A DNA stretch of 64,000 nt, taken from NCBI GenBank assembly GCA_002269645.1, contig NIVC01001072.1, positions 62,001 to 126,000 on the forward strand. Direction: 5' to 3'. This stretch comes from Macrostomum lignano (taxonomy: Eukaryota). The notes beneath the pieces were generated by a model. The model had not been told where the DNA came from and ran no database searches. It saw only the letters and a list, made by a program, of their open reading frames with translations. Position numbers and translations under genes: made by a program. Each line of letters opens with the position of its first letter. The stretch's first letter is position 1. This document shows positions 23,430 to 40,039 of the stretch, one piece after another.

Positions 23430-23975
23430 TTTGGTGGGGGGACAAAGCCAAGAATTATGCATACGCGTATTGTACATGTACATAAGTAAATTCCTACATG
23501 TACATTTGTTTCAGAATAGTGCTGTCAGCGATTATTTTGGCGCCGCGCGCAGCCACCATTTTAGCGCCGCAGGCATTGATTTTGGCGCCGCTGGCACTGA
23601 TTTTGGCGCCGCTGGCACTGATTTTGGCGCCGCTGGCACTCATTTTGGCGCCGCTGGCACTGATTTTGGCACCGCTGGCACTCATTTTGGCGCCGCTGGC
23701 ACTGATTTTGGCGCCGCTGGCACTCATTTTGGCGCCGCTGGCACTGATTTTGGCGCCGCTGGCACTCATTTTGGCGCCGCTGGCACTCATTTTGGCGCCG
23801 CTGGCACTCATTTTGGCGCCGCTGGCACTCATTTTGGCACCGAAGGCGCTATATTTTGGCGCCTGGAAGAAAACTTATTGATTGACACAGTGGGTCACAT
23901 GGTGGGGTGGGGGGGAACAAAGCAATGGCATGTCCCTCCATAGCTTTTACTGGGGGGACATGTCCTTCCCCTGTC
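23430..23975 (+). mobile_element. Dispersed repeat carrying an expanded 21-bp VNTR (ATTTTGGCGCCGCTGGCACTC, ~15 units at 23530-23845)
   Basis: Both flanks are colinear with a diverged minus-strand copy at ~28087-28435. A ~45-bp direct repeat (GGTCCATCCACAATGCAACAGAACTTTTATTTGG) flanks it at ~23352 and ~23996. Confidence 0.6.
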
Positions 23976-25063
23976 CCCTTCGGTGGCGACGCGCCTGGTC
24001 CATCCACAATGCAACAGAACTTTTATTTGGCTATCGGTATTCCTTTCCATGTTTGTGCGCGACTTCAGAAACAATTAACTGCTGTGTGTCCGGATTTCAT
24101 TCATTATTGCCAGTGTTACACTTTATACTATCCGGGGTTTTTTTGTCTGGCTCAGATATTCGAACGCACTTACAATATCCGCCCGGATACTTTGCCAAGC
24201 AAAAAACCTGCTTTGTTTTCTCCTTCCCGGATATCTTGAGCTGCTTTGCATTGTCCGGGCACTTTGAGATGTCTCTCCCTGTCTCAAAGTCCGGGCACTT
24301 TGAGATAGACTGGTGCAATATCCCTTTCCTAAATGTATTTTTCCGGAAACTTTAGCTTGTTTTATATATCGTTCTCAAACTGAGCGTGCTATTTTGTTTA
24401 GATTAGATAAATGATCACAAGAACATGTCATGCATTGTGTGGTAAAGCCCAAGCTTTCTTAATTCTATTGTATTCTATGTCCTAAATCCCGAGTCGTCAA
24501 AGTCAATTTGCTCTATTATTGCTTCTATATAAGCTACCCTGCTACCAGCCGCCCCTCGGCTTCAAATAGAGCACTGCCTCGCTACGATAATTAGACATCT
24601 GCAAAAATTATACATTTAATAGAGTTTCCGGTTGGCACAACGGGTGTATATCCTATGGTAACAACACATCTCTCTCCTCTCCACTCCTGCTCTCAGCTCT
24701 CTGTTCTCTATTCCCTCTCCTCTCTCCCCCCTCATGGCGTGCTGTCATGCGCTTATATTTACATGTAGGTTCCTGATCTATCTGGGCTGAGAGGTAAAAA
24801 ACTTTGCCTACCCTTGGTGTAATTGACTCTTGGATTGGACAAAAAGCTATATAGTCAGTTAAAACAATTTAATTAAAATACAAAAAAGTACAGGAAATGA
24901 TTCTCACACAGTTATGTGCAAAAAGCTTTATATGTATAAACTTATGTAGGTCGTATAAACTGCGGACATATTTTATGATTATGATAACTATTGATTAAAA
25001 CGATTTACCTTACATATGAATTTTATTGATTGACGTTTTATTGAATGTATATACTCGTAACCT

Positions 25064-25291
25064 TCAGCCGCACAGGGGCTTCATGGCGATCATACCCTCG
25101 GCGCAGGTGAGGCACAGTTTAACCACGCCCAGCAACGCCTCGCAGACCGCCTGCAGTGGCTGGATGCAGGCTGAGAATGGCAGCAGCAGAATGTAGAGCC
25201 AAGCAATTAGAAATGCGATCGGCCAGGCCAGCAGGATCAGGATGAAGAACCACAGCACAGACCAGAGCAGACCGGGGCACAGATCCGCCAT
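25064..25291 (-). CDS. 75-aa hydrophobic Cys-containing membrane microprotein, paralog B
   Basis: 72% identical to paralog A; acceptor-like TGTAG 17 nt upstream of the ATG. Confidence 0.82.
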   Translation of the reverse strand: MADLCPGLLWSVLWFFILILLAWPIAFLIAWLYILLLPFSACIQPLQAVCEALLGVVKLCLTCAEGMIAMKPLCG

Positions 25292-25362
25292 TGCTATGGC
25301 TTGCTTTCTACAGCAGCAATGTTTTGCAATAGAGAGATACGTGCATAGCTAAATGTAGATAC

Positions 25363-25648
25363 ACAGACAGACAGACAGACAGGCAGACAGACAGACAGAC
25401 AGGCAGGCAGACAGACAAACACACAGACAGACAGACAGGCAGACAGACAGGCAGACAGACAGGCAGACAGACAGGCAGACAGACAGACAGGCAGACAGGC
25501 AGACAGACAGACAGACAGGCAGACAGACAGACAGACAGGCAGAAAGACAGACACTAAGACAGACAGGCAGACAGACAGGCAGACAGACAGGCAGACAGGC
25601 AGACAGACAGGCAGACAGACAGACAGACAGACAGGCAGACAGACAGGC

Positions 25649-25703
<55 letters not shown>

Positions 25704-25777
25704 AAGACAGACACTAAGACAGACAGGCAGACAGACAGGCAGACAGGCAGACAGACAGGCAGACAGACAGACAGACA
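25363..25777. repeat. (CAGA/CAGG)n microsatellite
   Basis: Seen directly; lies in a predicted 5'-UTR intron (25308-25811) of paralog B. Confidence 0.95.
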
Positions 25778-26168
25778 AATCAGAAGCCAGAAAAGCCACA
25801 GAACTAAGTACCTGTTTCACTTTCTGAGAATTCTTCGCTCTAATCTCGTAAATCTCGTATGCAGCTTCAGTCAGTGACAGCCGATTATAAAAATAAGCAA
25901 GAATGAAGACTTAGCTATAGATAGATTTTTCTTGTTATTGTTTTTGCACAGGCATATTAATTATCGATTTTATAAGATATTATCATAGACAACAGCATTC
26001 ACTGTGGACGCGCGGCAAACACAGAATTATATTTTTACCATAGACGTAAAAGCTTTAAATACACTAGCTATAAGTTGCAGTTAAGTTAAAAATGCAATTC
26101 CAATTAAAACGCAAGGGCCCACAGTGGCAAGCCATAAGTAGTACAGTAAGCAGATATGGCACACATTT

Positions 26169-27422
26169 CTAACTGCGGTCCTTGGTCTTGGCCGCTGTCA
26201 CGGGCCGCCGGAATGGCCTGGCCCGACAGCCGAACCGCAGTTGGCCGCTCTCTTTCCGGCCGCCCAGGCCGCCGCCGAGCCGCCGCGGCACCCAGCCAGC
26301 CTGGCTCAACGAGCGCTCCCGGTCTACTATAATCTGTCGGCCCAGCACCTACAGTGTAATGCATGGAGTTTATTATAACAATTAGCTAAGCTAAATTTGA
26401 AAAAACGCGGATTAGCCTACTTAAAGTAAAGTATAAAATCAACGACCTCATACAGTAATTAGAATTTCCAGGAAAGATACTTATTGAATGTTTCTTTTCG
26501 ATCCTAGTTAGCTTCCCAGATAGCTCATCGTTGCATCTTTGTTGACCTTCATAGCAACTTCCTAGAGATGCTCATCAATCTGTTTATTAGTGCTCATGAC
26601 AGCTAGCTTCCTAGAGATGCTCATCAATCTATTTATTGGTGCTCATGATAGCTTCCTAGAGATGCTCATCAATCTGTTTATTGGTGCTCATGATAGCTTC
26701 CTAGAGATGCTCATCAATCTGTTTATTGGTGCTCATGATAGCTTCCTAGAAGATGCTCATCAATCTGTTTATTGACACTGATTAGCCCCAAATGCTCATA
26801 ACTGGACAGCTGTCAGAAGTCTTACGGTGGCTCCATCGCAGCGCCGCAGAGCTCTCTGCGCATCTTCAGCTCTGCAGAACTGCACAAAGCCATATCGCCT
26901 TGACAATCCTGTCGCCCAGTCGCGCACCAATCTGCAGTTAGCAACACGGCCGCAGGTTTCAAACAGATTGCACAGTTCGGCCTCTGTAGTGGCCGCGTCT
27001 AACCGGCCCACAAAGATGACGCAATCCTGCTCTAGTTCACCTTCTTCCTTGCCAACTCCCAGTGGCAGCAGCTGATGAGGCTGGGAATCTGGGCGATAGT
27101 ACGCCTGAGCCAGTAAGGCTCGTTGAACAGCTCGATCGTGCGGTCCAGCTGCCAAACCGCCATCTGCATTGCCAGCCATCACAGGATCATAGAAGCTGTC
27201 GAACATTGGTTGCCAGTCCCTGACTGGATCAAAGCCAAGCTCTTCTGAAGAATTCAGTGACTCATCAGATGGCAGAGACTCCTTGTGAGGCTGCTTTTGT
27301 TTGTCACTTCTTTTTTCACGATCTCGTTTCTCTTTCTTTGACTTGGTCTTCTTTTTCTTTTTCTTATGCTGGCCTTGACTGTGCATATCTTTGTCTAATT
27401 TAGTCTTCTTTTGTTTGCCCAT
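26169..27422 (-). CDS. SNRNP35: U11/U12 snRNP 35-kDa protein, complement(join(26169..26348,26826..27422)), ~258 aa
   Basis: YDPVMAG.....[12 protein letters not shown] (IFVGRL; [18 protein letters not shown]) and exon 2 [30 protein letters not shown], the SNRNP35/U1-70K-like signature; phase-0 GT-AG intron. Confidence 0.92.
26555..26772. repeat. 45-bp minisatellite in the SNRNP35 intron
   Basis: AGCTTCCTAGAGATGCTCATCAATCTGTTTATTGGTGCTCATGAT, ~4.5 units. Confidence 0.92.
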
Positions 27423-28086
27423 TTTGAATTGTTGGACTTGTTTGCTGAAGCATTAAAATATTGATTGGTTATTGCTTGAGTATTTTTACCAGTTTTTAAC
27501 TAGTTAAACTAATGGATGAAAATGGGGTAGTCTCACTTAAATGGTATGACTAACAGATGAATAAAAGCTATAGCTATTAGTGATAAATTTTCCTTATAAA
27601 TAATCATTCATATTATGTATAGATTTTCATTATTATTAATAATTGCTAAAATTAAAAATGTTAATAGGCCTATAGCTTAATCATTACTTTTTGTGAGGTT
27701 AAAAACATTATATTTAAACCCAAAATAATCAACTCCTATAATATAAGCTGAAAATTGTAAATTGACACAATAGCCATCTTTTTTATCTAAAAGAATAAAC
27801 AGATTATCAAGCATATTAAAATAAGTTTAGCTATACACTCATATAAGTGATATAAAGTACATATAAATATAATAAGTCTATGATGTAATTACATTAAATA
27901 TCTATGTTTATTAGCTAGACTTGGAGTTTCTATCTAGTCTAGGTCTAACATATTTTCTTAGGCATACATATACCAAGGCAAGAGCTTGTATATTTTTGCA
28001 ATAGATGTAGCCAGCCTATACTTACAAATTCACATAACACAAATAAATATTTGACCCCCTTTAGTTTAAAACTCAACTAGAAGGTA

Positions 28087-28435
28087 TTTAAAATGTTATT
28101 AACATAGGGGGGGCATGTCCAGTAAAAGATATGGGGGCCAGCATGCAAATTCTTAATTGTCTCCCCACTCCACCTGTTGACCTATATTATGGAAATCAAT
28201 AATTTTGCTTCATGGCTGGCTACAAAAATATAGTGCCTGCAGCATCAAAATGGTGACTATGGTGCTAAAATGAGTGATTTTGCCCCCAAAATGTGTCTGT
28301 GGCGCTAAAATGAGTGCCTGCCATGCCAAAATGATTGCTGACAACATTGCTGAAAATAATGTACTGTAGGAATTTAGCCTAGTCATGTACATGTACGATG
28401 TACTATGTAGAATTCTTGGCTTGTCCCCTACCATA
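28087..28435 (-). mobile_element. Diverged, unexpanded copy of the VNTR-carrying repeat at 23.4-24.0 kb
   Basis: Reverse complement GGGGACAAGCCAAGAATT...TACATGTACAT...TAAATTCCTACA...ATTTTGGC...CTTTTACTGGACATG aligns to both flanks; only ~5 degenerate units. Confidence 0.6.
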
Positions 28436-30409
28436 AAATCTATGATGACACACCTAAATAATTTTTACTCATTAATATACTCAGTAAAAAATATACTCAG
28501 TAATTTTAATTGTACAACTAGACAGGTAATTAACTAACTTGTAGTGGACTGCAGTGCCAGTGCCAGCAGTGGTCAGTGGAAGCTATTGGCATTGCTGATT
28601 TGCTGTCATTGACCTCTATAATTAGGATTCAATTCAATACTTATAATAATTTAAATTTGGCCCAGTGGCTATCACTCATCAGTAGCCATTGCTGTTTTAA
28701 GGAGCATGGATAGATAAAGGAGTGCAGCTCTGCTTCTAGGCTCTATTCTCAGGAATCTACACTACAGTAACAGGCTCTACAGTCTCCAGCATTAGCTAGT
28801 CTCCAGCATCCAGCATCCAGCATACCTAAATATTTGGTCACTTAGTCATATTATTTTCAAGCTACTTTGCTTCTGGTCACTTCGTCATCTGATATGACGA
28901 AATGGAATATGACGATCTGATCAGTGACCTACAGTCACTTAGGAAGGCTTAGGCTTAGGCCGTTCAATGCTGAAAAAGTCAAGCATGCACCGTCGTTAAT
29001 GTAAATGCTTGTATTAGCCCTAAAAGTAATCAAATATGTCACTTAAGACTTTGAAAAACTAATTTCCGCATATTTAAGTTATTTTAGTAGCCAATGTGAA
29101 CAAAAATGTCTTTCTTATGTAATGTTTTAGTTTTAACGAACAAAGTCAGCGGCAATTTCCAGCCGGAAGCAATTTAAAAGTCGTATTGCATTTCAGTTTC
29201 ACATTGGATTGTACAAGTAGGCACGTAGGCTAGCTTCCTGCTGTTCAGTGTTGTAACGTGTTTACCAACTAGGAAGTTCATCAGCTATTGCTTATTGTTT
29301 CAAGTTTCCATTTGTTATTGTTTCTGAATATATATCACAGTTTTTTAGGTCAACTTTCAGTTGCTGAAATGATTTATAAATTTCAAAATTTGTAGGATAG
29401 AGCTAGACCTACCTTAGGCCTAGGGCTTAGCCTTAGGCTTAGCATGCATTAGCTATTGTATTATATATATTGACTATTGTATTTAAATAATGAGCAGTAC
29501 TTATTTATTTTTATGCTTAATGCTAAGCACGTGGCCTAAGCACAGGTCATTTAACTTTTAAGACTTGTTTTTTGCCTAGTAGGGGCCTAATGCCAGCTAA
29601 AGCCTAAACATTGTGCATTTGACTTTTTGGGTGCATATAGGGGCCTATTGAAAGAATTTGCTATAGACAATAGACACAATAAATTCTACTCTAGAAAATT
29701 CATTGCAGATAAAGTATTATAAAATATTGTATTGAGCAGGTTAAACTGTTTAAACTTTTCTAGTGGCTGTGTAGCCCTTTAGGTTTCTTTATTAAGGATT
29801 CTACTTGAAAAAGCAATATAAGATAGCTTATATTCATTGCAATGGTAGGTTGCAAATAGTTTATAATTGCTAGGTCTATAATCACAAAAAATAAGGCTTT
29901 AGTTTTAGTTTCTTGTCTTTCAAGGGCATATGAATGCTCATGGCAATTTTTGCCTAATCTTTACCTCAAAATAAGGTGATACTGATATTGATAATAAATA
30001 ACATAAAATGGGTCTTTTAGCATATAAGTTAAATGCTAATTTGAATATATCCCTTACATTAGGTGTTAGAGGTTAGCAACCTCTGGCCTACAAGCCAGAT
30101 CTAGCCCACAAAGACTTTATATGTGGCCCACAAACTTCCTTTATCTTCATTATTATAACCCAGCCTACACTTTTATTGTAACTTTATATTGTTTCTCTCA
30201 TAAAGGTTTAGTGCTTTAAGAATAAGGAATTTCTAGTTTCTTAATTGTCAATTTTATTGTTTTAGTGTTAGTGGCTGTTTACAAACTCTAGGTCTAGACA
30301 AATAGTATATCAGTTCAAACTTTTGAATAGAATAGAAATAGGGGAACTAGAAAGTAAGGTAAGTGGCAAGCCAACAAATGTAATGTAATAAAGACTCAGA
30401 GGTAGATGC

Positions 30410-30610
30410 TATAGAGTAAAGACCCAGGGGGGCAGATTCTGGAGATTAAAGACTTGGGAGGACAGATTCTGGAAGGTAAAAACTTAGGGCGGGGGATTCT
30501 AGAGGGTAAAGACCCAAGAAGCAGATTCTAGAGAATAAATACCTAGGGGATAGATTTTAGAAGGTAAAGACCCGGGGGAAGATTCTGAAAGGTAAAAACC
30601 CAAGGAGGGA
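30410..30610. repeat. Degenerate ~30-bp tandem repeat (GGTAAAGACCCAGGGGGGCAGATTCTGGA)
   Basis: ~6 diverged units; unit matches an internal segment of the hAT MITE family at 48962 and 49487. Confidence 0.7.
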
Positions 30611-31091
30611 AGGTAGAGTAATCAGGGCCCATGGAGATTTGCCTGCTGAGCTTTTCCTACTAAGACTTCCCTGTAATACATTTTGCCTGTGAGCAAATTG
30701 CCCATAGAAATTTGCCCACTAGGAATTGCTTGCCAAGATTTGCCTGCAGTGCAACTGACCTGTGAATGAATTGCCTGCAAGCAAGTTGCCTGCCGAGTTT
30801 TGCCCATAACACATTTGGCAGCTAGATTCTGTCTGCATTACCCCCATCCCCAAAAAAATGCATTTGATTATGCAGTTACTATTGAAACATTTTGATTGTA
30901 TAAATCTCTTTAATGAGATTTAATTATTAAGCATTAGGGAGGCATATGAACCTGCATTAGACTATAGTTTATAATGAAATTACTAATGCATATGATATGA
31001 TTAATCAAAGAATTCCAGCTGGAAGACTTACAATTAATAGTTACATATCATGTTTTAAAAATAAAATTGAAATTCATGTAGACACACCAAA

Positions 31092-36124
<5,033 letters not shown>

Positions 36125-37584
36125 AGTTGTTAGCATCATTATTATATCTACAAACAGTTCCTTGTTATGGTGCTTATTAAGTATGCTTATAATCTAGCAC
36201 TACTAGTACTAGACATGAATGTACTTAAATAACTTTCATTTTTTGTTTTTGTTTATGACGTAAAAACTTTAATATTTGTGCTTTTTAATCGCGTTTCTTT
36301 GTGCCTTTGCGACTTTTTTATTTACCTAACTTAATTACCTTTGAATTGATCATTTATCCAGCACTAACTAGCCCATATATTGCCGGTCTTAAATATGATG
36401 TCAAAAATATTCTGACTTCGCACCCGACATATATCTAAACTATAGTTTTTTTAATTTATTCAGCTTTGTGTTTGCTGCCTTTGCATTCCGTTTAGCTGTA
36501 TATTATACTCGTACATGTACATCTGCATTCGAGCGTCGTTTTGACACATTGATTTTTTCTAGAAAATTCTTTGACTTTATCCTGAAAGCTTGGAAATCTC
36601 GCTCAGAAGTAGGAACTTAGCTACTATAAGTAGTCTTTGATTTTTATTTGTCTGTATCTATTATAACAGTATATGTATTGCTTTAATATTTTTAACGTCT
36701 TCCGCTCACAATACCTTTTTCTGTTTTTTGTTACCTTTTTTTAATTTCGATAGTTTTTGACCATTTACAACGACATTACATACATACCTTTTTCAACTAC
36801 TACTTGAGCACTCAGCCCAACTTATCAGCCAAAATATCAGTCTCATTATTGTCTTACGTACAAGAAAAACAACCCTGTCTGTGTAATTTGTCAGAAAATT
36901 GGCCCGTAAGCCAGACCAATCAGAACGTAGAATCAAAAATTAACATAGAATCCTTATTTTCGGAACGAAAAGCTTTACAAATATCGATAGAGCAATAAAA
37001 AAGGCACAACATATCAAAAGATGAACACTGGATCTGCCTTCTATCAAAAGCGATTTTGTGCTGAAAAATGAAAACTTCCTATCTCCATAGTGTATTTTTT
37101 CGGGAAAACTTGCCTTCTAAAATTTTCTAAGAAACGAGGTTTCCCGTCCTACTTAAGTCGTCCTTGGCATTAGCTATGCTTACGTGCTTTAATCTAAAAT
37201 TTTACTGTTCCTTTCTTTAAGTGTTAACTAGTATATGGTCACATTATAATTTCAAAATTTAGTACATGTACATTTAAAATTGATATGTGCATGTACGTAA
37301 ATAAAATCTGGATTTTTGAGACCCAGAAATGCTTCAAGGTTCTGATTAAAAACGAATTGACTTCTCATGATTTTTTCTTTTTTTATGATGCGCTTGAATT
37401 GCAATTAGAATTTAACCGTAAAGACGCAAATAATATACATACACATCCCGTCACTTGGTTGCAATTTCTACGTCTGCAAAATTGCTTGAATAAAGTGGAG
37501 GTCGTATCAGCATTCTGTGTAATATTGTGTAGTTTCACTACAAATTGGTCCGGTGAGGCAGATCTGAGCCACCGACCTAAGGGT

Positions 37585-40039
37585 CGGTCTTGAGTAGGTC
37601 TTGCAGCGGACAGATGCGGTGGGCAAAGTTGGGAACGAATCGACGGTAAAAACCGACGCCATAATGATTACATTTAACCTTGTAATGTATAACGTTTACT
37701 GACTGCTGTTCCGATATTCTCAAAGACTCGTGAGGACCACTACTCGCATTTGGAACAAGTTTTGGACCGCCTAAGAACACACGGCCTACAGGTTCCTTTG
37801 AAGAAGTGCGAATTCTTTCAGTCCGAGGTAGATTTCCTTGGCCATCGCGTGACTCTTGAAGGAATAAAACCTCTCCAGAAGAAGATCCAAACAATCACTG
37901 ACTGGCCGACACCCACGGATTCGAACGCACTTCGGCGCTTCCTCGGTGTCGTCGGTTTCTACCGTCGATTCGTTCCCAACTTTGCCGATCGCATCTGTCC
38001 GCGCTGCAAGACCTACTCACTGCATCACTACAGTCATCAGGAAACTTCCAATGGACAGAGCAGCATCAGAAATCTTTCGAAAACATCAAACAAGCTCTCT
38101 CAGAGAGACTGCTGCATCATCCGGACCCCAACTGTACTGCGTACCACCTGTCACTGATGCCTCAGCCGACTGTGTTGGTGCCGTTCTGCATCAAACCTTA
38201 GCTTCAACCGGAACGTCACCTCTTGGCATGTTCAGCAAGAAGTTGTCGTCATCTCAAAGGATGTACAGCACGTTCGACCGAGAACTACTCGCGGCGTACC
38301 TGCTGGCAGTGTTGCACTTCCGCAGCCTCATTGAAGGACTGAGCGTGACCTTGTTCACCGATCATAAACCACTAGCTCAGGCCTTCCGCGCCAATCGCAC
38401 CACTACGTCAGATCGCAATCAGCGCTATTTGACCGTCTTGTCCGAGTACGTGGCAGATGTCCAGTACATTCGCGGTGCAGACAACGTAATAGCTGATGCC
38501 CTTTCTCGACTGCCTGACTTCCCAGTGAATGATCACGTGTCCAACATCGCAACAGTCGCTGTAGTCGCTGCCCCATCAAGCCAATTCCCTCTTGATCTGC
38601 CCAGTATCGCTGAAGCACAACGACCGGAGTCGTTCTCACCTGCACTAAATATTCGATCGTTTTCTCTGGACAAAGACGTCGTCGTTTGGTGTGAGACGTC
38701 AACGCCGTATCCTCGCCCGATCATTCCGCCGTCTCTCCGCGACGCCGTGATTGCCTCCTTCCATCGACTTGGTCATTTCGGCTACCGTAAAACAGCAAAA
38801 CACATATCACAGAACGTTACTTTTGGCCCGGAATGCGCAAGTCCATCAAAGACCTACTGCTGCTGGAACTGCCAGGAGTGCCAACGGAGTAAAATCACTC
38901 GCCACACTGTCTCCCCGCAACAGGCCTTCGCATTACCATCAAATCGCTTTGAGGCGGTACACATCGATATTGTGGGACCACTTCCACCAGCTAATGCTAC
39001 CACCTTTGGCCACCAGTCTGCCCGCTACCACGATGGTCGACCGCTCGACTGGCTGGCTAGAAGCTACACCACTGGAATCAATAACCGCGGAAGTAGTCGC
39101 CCATACATTCGTCTCGTCTTGGGTCTCGCGCTACGGAGTGCCACTGTATGTAATCACTGATCGGGGGCGCCAAGTTCGAATCAGAATTCTTTCACTCGGT
39201 CTCGTCATCAATTGGTTTTCATCGCGATTACGCACAACGGCGTACCACCCTCAAACCAATGGCAAGGTCGAGCGAGCCCATCGCACCCTGAAGACGATGC
39301 TACGTGCTCGAGGCAATGACTGGCTGACAGACCTACCTGTGGCTCTCCTCGCGATGCACGTCGCACCTGACGACCAATGAATATCACCGTTCACCAGGGT
39401 TACCGGCGAGCTTCCGATGGTTCCGCGCATTCTAACTTCTGAACCACTCGCCCCAACGGACATTCGGACACGGCTGCAGGAACTGCTGACAGAGTTATAA
39501 CGAGTCCACATGCGAAGACGCACGAAACACGGAGCTACGTACCCAAGGACCTGGAAATGGCTAGCTAAATTCGTCTGGGTTCGGGTCGATCGCGTGCGGT
39601 CGCCGCTCGAGGCGCCGTACTCAGGGCCGTATCGCGTGAAACAGCGAACTGACAAGTTCTTCGTTATTTTCCTACCGTCAGGCAACACCGATTCTGTCTC
39701 TATCGATCGCCTCAAGCCGGCGCGACTTTCGTTTCCGAAGTCTGCTGTTCAGCCGGCCGCGAACCCGCTGCCGGAAAAGCCGCCAAACTAGAGGAACCGG
39801 TGGACTCATCACCTCCTAGAGCGACCTCTAGCGGCCGCCAAGTCGTCCAATTCCGACGCCATAATGATTACATTTATTATTAAAACCTTGTAATGTATAA
39901 CGTCTACTGACTGCTGTTCCAATGTTCTCAATATTTCTCAATGTTCAACGCCTCATATAAAATTTAGCTCGTATTTCAACTATATAACCGCTTCGTTTCA
40001 ATAATTTAAGCCATTCCACCATTTTATAATTCAGTTACA
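37585..40039 (+). mobile_element. Degenerate, 5'-truncated and rearranged Gypsy retrotransposon (RT C-terminus, RNase H, integrase, probable 3' LTR 39889-40039)
   Basis: KKCEFFQSEVDFLGH, LRRFLGVVGFYRRF, TDAS..GAVL, YSTFDRELLA, TDHKPL, N.IADALSR, HIDIVGP, TTAYHPQTNGKVER, APYSGPY, VSIDRLKP over several frameshifts; TGTAA...TTACA termini at 39889/40039. Confidence 0.88.

Noticed and set aside
23365-23943. GTHFGAA / ALILAPL / MSASGAK repeat proteins
   Set aside because: Frames of the 21-bp VNTR.
28835-28940. Short hairpin TTCGTCAT-CTGAT-ATGACGAA with GGTCACT repeats
   Set aside because: Too short to classify; probably a decayed repeat.
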